64,000 nt of DNA from an uncultured Methanosarcinaceae archaeon (GTDB taxonomy: Archaea > Halobacteriota > Methanosarcinia > Methanosarcinales > Methanosarcinaceae): assembly GCA_963833425.1 (NCBI GenBank), contig CAWHXP010000006.1, positions 1-64,000 on the forward strand. The letters run 5' to 3'. Shown here piece after piece: positions 57,765 to 64,000 of this stretch. Position 1 is the first letter of the stretch. Each line of letters opens with the position of its first letter. The position numbers and the translations under genes are program-made. The notes below the pieces were generated by a model that was not told the DNA's origin, searched no databases, and saw nothing but the letters and a program-made list of their open reading frames with translations.

Positions 57765-58020
57765 TAGGTTCCCTTATATTCGGTACTTCTTATGCTTGCA
57801 GTTGTAACAAATATAGAGCCTTTTTGTAGCGATAAGTTTTACATTTCTCAAAGTGCCAATTCAGGAACCTACGCTTAATGTAGGTTTTGTAACATTTATT
57901 ATGGTTTTTTTTGCGGAGCAATAATAGGATATAAGTTAGGTCACTTCTTGGAATTGAAATAGAAATTCTAGGCGGCTTAATCTTTCTAGGACTTGGAATA
58001 TGTTCATTTGTATTTAATAA
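57765..58020 (+). pseudogene. mntP: MntP (DUF204) manganese efflux pump, C-terminal fragment
   Basis: VLLMLAVVTNI..F / VAISFTFLKVPI.EP...GFVTFIM / GAIIGYKLGHF / IEILGGLIFLGLG across frameshifts. Confidence 0.65.
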
Positions 58021-58243
58021 TTGATTCAAACGATCATCATACACATAGGGATGCACAATTTTTTTAATAAAATCTCTGAATTTTCTAGGCTCTATCTGAA
58101 GTAGGAAAATATTGTAGATCTATTACTCATGGAGCTTATGGGCCTCATAGAACATGTGGGGCTCATGGAACACTTGGAACTACTTAACCTAAACAACCAT
58201 CATAATAGAAAAATAAGAAAAAATAGAATCAAATCGAAATCCT

Positions 58244-58732
58244 CTAAAGTTCGCAATTAATCTCTTTTCTTATTACTTTTATAGCCTCATCGACACCTTT
58301 AATGACTTCAGGGCTTATCTCCAAAGTAGCTTCAGTTACTCTGGCGCCAATTTCGATCCCTATGACTACAATTTCGGGAAGGAGTTGGATTTTATCCCCG
58401 ACACGTAATACATCAGTAATTGTAAGATCGTGAACTGAGACCAGGTTAAAAGGTTCAGTATCTTTTTCGATGAGATCTTTACCTTCTATACGGTGTACAG
58501 AACCTACAGGACTGTCTGCAAGAATTGCATCCACTATAATAATCTTTCTGGCTCCGTCAAAAATATTTAGAAGATCAAGCCCGCATACCCCCGCATCCAC
58601 TATATCAATGCCTTCGCTATTTTTAAGTTCCGTTTTTTGAAGAGTCTCAATGACCTTCAGACCGATACCATCATTTCCCATTAATAGGCTTCCACATCCT
58701 AGGACGCGGACAGGAGCATGTAATATAGACAT
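58244..58732 (-). CDS. vhtD: Hydrogenase maturation protease
   Basis: VLGCGSLLMGNDGIG, IIVDAI, SVHDL. Last gene of the operon. Confidence 0.93.
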   Translation of the reverse strand: MSILHAPVRVLGCGSLLMGNDGIGLKVIETLQKTELKNSEGIDIVDAGVCGLDLLNIFDGARKIIIVDAILADSPVGSVHRIEGKDLIEKDTEPFNLVSVHDLTITDVLRVGDKIQLLPEIVVIGIEIGARVTEATLEISPEVIKGVDEAIKVIRKEINCEL

Positions 58733-58814
58733 CTTCTCATCTTACTAAGGCTTATACAGAGCTAACATGCCTATATTACCTTTCTCCATTTATTTTGCTT
58801 AAATGACTTTCGAA

Positions 58815-59591
58815 TTAATGGTTTCGTCGTCCTTTATCAACAAGATTGTTTGGAGTTTTGACAACTTCTACGTAGTGAGTATCTTTCAGATCTTCTTTTC
58901 CGGACCAGAAGATAGCTTTGTAGTATTTAAAAACATTTGGATCAAACTCCAGAATACAAACATGCACTACCAGTTCGAAGACAAACCAGTAAGTCATCAG
59001 CAAATGAAGAGTCCTCAGAAATGCCAGAGAACTCATTCCGAAAGAAGGTGCGATCAGACCTCCTGCTGACAAGATCCAGGACGCTATAGGGAGTCCAAAT
59101 AATGACCAGTTAAGACTGTACAGAACAATGCCTGTAAGAGCAATGATGACTATAGCTACACCTTCCAGCACAATCAAGATTTTCATCAATGGGTGCAGCT
59201 TGGTCTTATAGTGTCCAGATGCCTCATCATAGATGGTAAATGCTGGATATTTGCCCTTCCCAAAAAAATTACCAATTATTCCTGCCATGCGTGATGCATC
59301 TCTGGGACCAAAAACATAATGATCCAAAAAGTGTGAAAACTTTTCCTTAATCCCACCCCCAGTAGCAAGAACAATGGAAACAGGAATCAGGAACCAATTC
59401 ACCACAAGTAAGAAAGGAACCGCGAACATATGGAGAGCGCGGGCTGTATGGAAACTCATAAAGTCCCAGCCAAAGTGGATCTTTAATCCGGTGATAATGA
59501 GCGTCAGCATCGCAGCGGCATGGACAATGTGTACCACTCTATCGAGGAGACTATAGCGCTCAACAATAGTTGAATTGCCATTAGCTTTCAT
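58815..59591 (-). CDS. vhtC: Methanophenazine-reducing hydrogenase cytochrome b subunit
   Basis: Hydrophobic protein with His ligands (RVVHIVH, LHM, LHLL, VVHV). Confidence 0.92.
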   Translation of the reverse strand: MKANGNSTIVERYSLLDRVVHIVHAAAMLTLIITGLKIHFGWDFMSFHTARALHMFAVPFLLVVNWFLIPVSIVLATGGGIKEKFSHFLDHYVFGPRDASRMAGIIGNFFGKGKYPAFTIYDEASGHYKTKLHPLMKILIVLEGVAIVIIALTGIVLYSLNWSLFGLPIASWILSAGGLIAPSFGMSSLAFLRTLHLLMTYWFVFELVVHVCILEFDPNVFKYYKAIFWSGKEDLKDTHYVEVVKTPNNLVDKGRRNH

Positions 59592-59625
59592 TAGGGATCA
59601 TCTCCTTATAAGATTCATCATTGTT

Positions 59626-61413
59626 TTACAATATTCTTAAGGTCCTTGGAGCGTTTTTCCCTGTCATGTCAATGGTATGAACGGCGCATGAGATGCAAGG
59701 GTCATATGATCTGCCGATATGGAAAATTCCAACAGGATTGGCGTAATCGACACCAAGAATATTCCCAACGGCATTGATTTTTGATCCGAGGAGGGATTGT
59801 TCAAGAGGACCAGGGATACCCGCGGTATCTCTCGGGGACATATTCCAGGTACCTGGAACTATGCACTGATAGGTGACAACCTTTCCTTTACTGTCAGTGG
59901 ATACCCAGTGCCCAAGGGCTCCACGTGGAGCTTCCCATAAGCCCATACCATGGGAATCGTTACCTTTAGAAAGGTCTAAAGGTACTGCGATCTTACCGTT
60001 CGGATCAAGGTCAACTGTCACCCACTTTAGGAGCTCATTTGCGATAATAGTGGTTTCCTGCATACGAGCCAGCATTCTTGTATAAACATTAGCTGCAGAG
60101 TAGCCATTCTCATGAAAAGCAAGGGCCAATCCAGTTACTAGTGGCTCCTTTATTGCAAGCATACGTGCAAGAGGACCTACTTCACAGGGAATTCCGCCAT
60201 ATCTCGGAGCTTTGTCCCAGCTGTACCTGCTATTCGGACCCTGGTCGTATACTATTTTCCCAGGATCTGTAAATGGAATGGTCTCACCTTTTGAGGGAGG
60301 AAGGTTGTCTGCATTATCATAGAAAGAATGAGCAATGCTTTCCGTAACCTTGCTAGGATCAAAGTTATCGTGCTCGAGTTTTCCTGTTACGATACCTGAA
60401 GTCATGAATCTGTTTCCTGCAGGACTGCTCGGGTCGTATCCATCTCCATTTTCGGGCTTGTAGAATGCACCATATGACAGGAAGTTAATCTTTGAGGGGT
60501 CGCTGTACCCGCCTATTTTATCGTGTTTAAGGCTTGCAGGAAGGTGAAGGAGAGTTTCCCCTACTAATTCGGAGCCGAAAGCTGCATAGAATTCAACATC
60601 TCCCCACCCTGCTGCTCTGGAAAAGTCATTGGTACTAAGTGATTTGTTAATAAGGCCCTGGAGGTGTTCAACCACAAAATTTACTGCTTTCTTAGGTGAG
60701 CTTGCCTTGTAGGTATTCGCAATCCAGGCATCAAAGGGCACTTGGAGAGTGTACTTTGATACAAAATCCATAACCTGCAGATAATACGTGGAAAGCTTTA
60801 CAACATCTGCAACTGTCGGCTGATAGAAATATCCTCCAGGGTATGGTGTGACTGGCCCTGGCATTCTACCGCCAATAATTGCAATGGCTTCCTGTAAACG
60901 TTTCTTTTCAGGAATTGCTGCCAGCCAAGAGGTTCCCGCAGGAATAGGGACACCGTCTATCTTGTAGCTAATTGGAGCAAATCTTCCAACCATTTCTTTC
61001 CAGACTGCGTTTCCAGTATCTCCGAGTGTTGCAAGGACATTTCTGTACGCAGGATTCGCAAGGTCCGGGCCCCACAGAACGTATATATGAGTTGCATGGC
61101 TTGCAATAGTGTTTAGAGCCTGAAAAATGTTCCTTGTGACAAGAGCATCTTTAGGAACATGTTCGGCCACTCCATAAAGATTGTCAAGGGCATTTGTAGC
61201 TGTCAAGGAATGAGAAATAGGACAAACACCACATATTCTTTGGACAAGCTGTCCTGCATCCCTTGGATCCTGATTTTGTAGTATGCGTTCAAAACCTCTG
61301 AACATCAGAGACGAGCTCTGTGCATCTGTAATAACACCATCAGCACCTACTTCAGTGGATACACGAAGATGGCCTTCAATTCTTGTTAAGGGATCAATTG
61401 TAACATTTACCAT
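59626..61413 (-). CDS. vhtA: Methanophenazine-reducing [NiFe] hydrogenase large subunit
   Basis: [16 protein letters not shown] (L1), [19 protein letters not shown] (L2) plus a cleavable tail. Confidence 0.95.
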   Translation of the reverse strand: MVNVTIDPLTRIEGHLRVSTEVGADGVITDAQSSSLMFRGFERILQNQDPRDAGQLVQRICGVCPISHSLTATNALDNLYGVAEHVPKDALVTRNIFQALNTIASHATHIYVLWGPDLANPAYRNVLATLGDTGNAVWKEMVGRFAPISYKIDGVPIPAGTSWLAAIPEKKRLQEAIAIIGGRMPGPVTPYPGGYFYQPTVADVVKLSTYYLQVMDFVSKYTLQVPFDAWIANTYKASSPKKAVNFVVEHLQGLINKSLSTNDFSRAAGWGDVEFYAAFGSELVGETLLHLPASLKHDKIGGYSDPSKINFLSYGAFYKPENGDGYDPSSPAGNRFMTSGIVTGKLEHDNFDPSKVTESIAHSFYDNADNLPPSKGETIPFTDPGKIVYDQGPNSRYSWDKAPRYGGIPCEVGPLARMLAIKEPLVTGLALAFHENGYSAANVYTRMLARMQETTIIANELLKWVTVDLDPNGKIAVPLDLSKGNDSHGMGLWEAPRGALGHWVSTDSKGKVVTYQCIVPGTWNMSPRDTAGIPGPLEQSLLGSKINAVGNILGVDYANPVGIFHIGRSYDPCISCAVHTIDMTGKNAPRTLRIL

Positions 61414-61420
61414 TATTCAC

Positions 61421-62569
61421 TCACTCTCCTTTCATTCTTCTTACAGCATGCACACCCGCAGCAATTGCAGCGGCGCCGATCGCAACTTTGGCTACCGTAC
61501 CGATATTCTGTCCTAGAAGTACTCCCTTGTCTTCAGCTTGTACATAAAGGGGTCTTGAAGAGTCCGGAAAGCCAGGTTCTACGCAGGCAATGCAGGGACC
61601 TACCTGTGGACACACACTCACAGAACCATTCCACTTGCGAACTGCACAATCTCCATGAGCATACGGGGCTTTACACCCCATTTTCCACAGACAATGTGGC
61701 CCACCTGCCCCATCTTCGAACAGTCCCTGGTCATAATATCCACGTCGAGGGCAATTGTCATGGACAACATGATCTGGAGGGAAGAAAACCTTTGGCCTGT
61801 TATACTGGTCCAGAATGACCGGAAGATCATCAGGAACCCTAATCTTTCCAAGGATTATTGCGCCTATTGTGAGGAGGATCCAATCAGGGTGAGGAGGACA
61901 GCCAGAAATATTGATTACTGGTTTATTGATGTTAAGTTCACTAAGTATACCTTTTGAAGCATCAGTCTTTAAGAAACCCGTTCCTCTGTAATCCGTATCG
62001 TGGACAATAGCACTTTCTGCAGAGGTAATTCCTCCCCAACATGCACAAGCTCCGACTGCAACAATAGCTGCGGCATTCTTTGCAGCTTCTCCAACGGTAT
62101 CCTTGAAAGTCTTGTTCCCAACAACTTGGTAACGACCTGAACCCTTAGGACCATTTGCAATAGAGCCCTCAACAACCAGAACATATCCACCTTCTTTGAT
62201 AAGATCGTTAAGGAGAATCTCTGAGTTAAGCTCAGAGGTGTTTGAAAGCTTATCGTTTACCCATATACCTTGCTGGGCAAGAAGAGTTTCATGGTAAGCA
62301 AGATTGACATTGAGCTTAGTGAGTGCCTGTATAATGTCAGGATTGCCTGAATTCAAAAGGGATTCGGAGCATCCAGTGCATTCGGAGCCATGGAGCCAAA
62401 CGATCTTTGTTTCTGCAAATTCAAGAGCGTTTACGATCTCAGTTTGGAAGCTGCTGAGGAATGTACTTGCTCCGAGAAAGCCTACTGCTTTCATGAAAGT
62501 GCGTCGATCCATTTTTAAGAAGTCAACACTATCCAGTGTTTGAACAAGATTTTTTATTCCAGTACTCAT
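61421..62569 (-). CDS. vhtG: Methanophenazine-reducing [NiFe] hydrogenase small subunit
   Basis: Tat signal DRRTFMK, ECTGCSES, GCPPHP, HDNCPRR, C-terminal membrane anchor. Start MSTGIK at 62569. Confidence 0.95.
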   Translation of the reverse strand: MSTGIKNLVQTLDSVDFLKMDRRTFMKAVGFLGASTFLSSFQTEIVNALEFAETKIVWLHGSECTGCSESLLNSGNPDIIQALTKLNVNLAYHETLLAQQGIWVNDKLSNTSELNSEILLNDLIKEGGYVLVVEGSIANGPKGSGRYQVVGNKTFKDTVGEAAKNAAAIVAVGACACWGGITSAESAIVHDTDYRGTGFLKTDASKGILSELNINKPVINISGCPPHPDWILLTIGAIILGKIRVPDDLPVILDQYNRPKVFFPPDHVVHDNCPRRGYYDQGLFEDGAGGPHCLWKMGCKAPYAHGDCAVRKWNGSVSVCPQVGPCIACVEPGFPDSSRPLYVQAEDKGVLLGQNIGTVAKVAIGAAAIAAGVHAVRRMKGE

Positions 62570-62758
62570 CTCTACCACATCTTCGTTTAAATAACAGAAT
62601 AATACATTTGAAAACAAATACAAATTAAATATTCACTAAAATTATATAAATGCGAACATAAACCTATCGCTAATGTTTTCAATGAGGGAATAGTATTTAA
62701 GGTTTTTTACTTTTAATAATATAATACATAATAGGATAAAGGAAATTCAGAATAGTAT

Positions 62759-63660
62759 ATGAAGTATCACTCAGCTGAAGACTAAGTGGCTTCGTGATTC
62801 ATTCTTTTTTCTTTTGAGAACAATTCCCCAAGTCCATCCACCGCATCCCACATGTATAAAATTCTAATTAGATTTAGATCAATGAGAGCAAATTTTTTGA
62901 TATTAATTGCAGCATTAATGTTTTTATCAGGTTTTGTTTTGCAATCAGAAAATTTGAATTATTATCTCTTAGTATTAGTTCAGAGTTATGGCATCTACAA
63001 AAATTACAGCTTTTAGATGATGGTTTAAATATATATATCATAATAATTTTTTTCTGACCATTCTGATTTATACTAATTTTGTTACAAACTACTCAACGCC
63101 GAATCTTCTATAGACTGTGCTAAATGTAATTCTTAATCATGCTTTAACATTCAGAGTTTCAACAATTATTATTTGTTTCTCGCAACAAGTTTATAAGAGA
63201 ATTGTTGAAAATAAGTTCTTTGATTTGTTATTTTCTAATGAAGTACACAACAAGTTTTTGTTAATATACGTTATCTTTGTGTGCAAGTATCGAAAAAGAT
63301 TCTATAATAAATTGAAGAAAAACCAAAATAATAATTAATTACATTGAAAAGGAGGCCAATTTTGAAATACTAGAAATGGAGACTTGCAAAGACCACATCT
63401 ACAAACTTGTTAAAGTCGAGCCAAAAATCAGCACACTTATAATTATTCTAAAATTGAAGCAAGAGACAACAATTATGCTATGGAAAACTCAAAAAGAGTA
63501 TTTGAAAAAAAACACAATTGGAAAGAACATATACTAAGAGTAATGGATATTTCGTATATTATATAGGCAACGTTAGCAAAGAATCAGCCGAAAATATATT
63601 CAGAACCAGAGTTGGAGTTGGGGCTGACATCCATTGGGCTGAAAACCAAGTGATTTTTAT
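62759..63660. mobile_element. Internally deleted IS605-type element with divergent tnpB (-) and tnpA (+) remnants
   Basis: Minus strand 63225-62860: NQRTYFQ, VETLNVK, HLAQSIEDSA, PSSKSCNFC, DKNINAAINIKKFALID. Plus strand 63230-63615: VIFVCKYRK, EMET.KDHI, LKQETT, NGYF...IGNVS...YIQNQ. Related end hairpins at ~62765-62795 and ~63630-63655. Confidence 0.85.
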
Positions 63661-63984
63661 GCTTTGTACTAAAAAGAAAATTAATTGTGGAATTTAAGAG
63701 CACTAAATTTTAATGTACAAAATAAATCAAGTCAGACATTATTTAGTCTGTCGAAAATTAGTTGATAGATAGCTATTACTGATGCTAGATACTTCTGCTC
63801 ACTAACTAATGGAAAATAAAATGGATGATCAATAGTTAATAAAATAAATCCATCAAAATTTGCTCATCGAACTTTAGTAAAGAAAGCTATAGATATTGTT
63901 TCTTAAAGACATGATGAATAGTTGCCAATTATAGTAAAAAATTAGAGGATCAGTGATTTGGATAGAAAAATAATTTAGAATTAA

Positions 63985-64000
63985 AGAAGATTTCGATAAA
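63985..64000 (+). mobile_element. Possible IS5-type terminal repeat at the window edge
   Basis: AGAAGATTTCGATAAA differs by one base from the AGAGGATTTCGATAAA end of the IS5 at 43810. Confidence 0.4.

Noticed and set aside
58126..58185. Degenerate 9-bp tandem repeat (CTCATGGAA-like) after vhtD
   Set aside because: Short, eroded minisatellite with no associated structure.
2789..62543. Numerous short antisense or overlapping ORFs in the track
   Set aside because: They are shadows of well-supported genes, without independent motifs.

Overview
An AT-rich archaeal chromosome segment, almost certainly from Methanosarcina or a close relative. Support: a vhtGACD methanophenazine-reducing hydrogenase operon, porCDAB, archaeal mevalonate pathway genes and Methanosarcina-type IS families. 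Intact core genes are por, dus, a peroxiredoxin, acnA, a phosphohexomutase, a radical SAM protein, an M50 protease, the AcnX subunits, ubiD, citrate synthase, a rhomboid protease, hisS, nadX, nadC and vhtGACD. They alternate with decayed accessory DNA: at least 10 pseudogenes, IS6, IS5, IS481 and IS200/IS605 remnants, and two families of short non-autonomous elements. I found no tRNA, rRNA, CRISPR array or reverse transcriptase. Best leads: (1) a ~1.2 kb inverted duplication flanking a 2.4 kb segment, containing a 96%-identical non-coding 205-bp block that folds strand-specifically upstream of TPR genes; (2) a 36-aa HEAT-repeat protein with a near-constant scaffold and a hypervariable face; (3) an in-frame porC-porD fusion preceded by a dead tandem copy of the porC 5' end; (4) an IS605 right end (omegaRNA region) just upstream of vhtG. 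All calls come from manual motif reading, with no database searches. None of these leads is a demonstrated new system.
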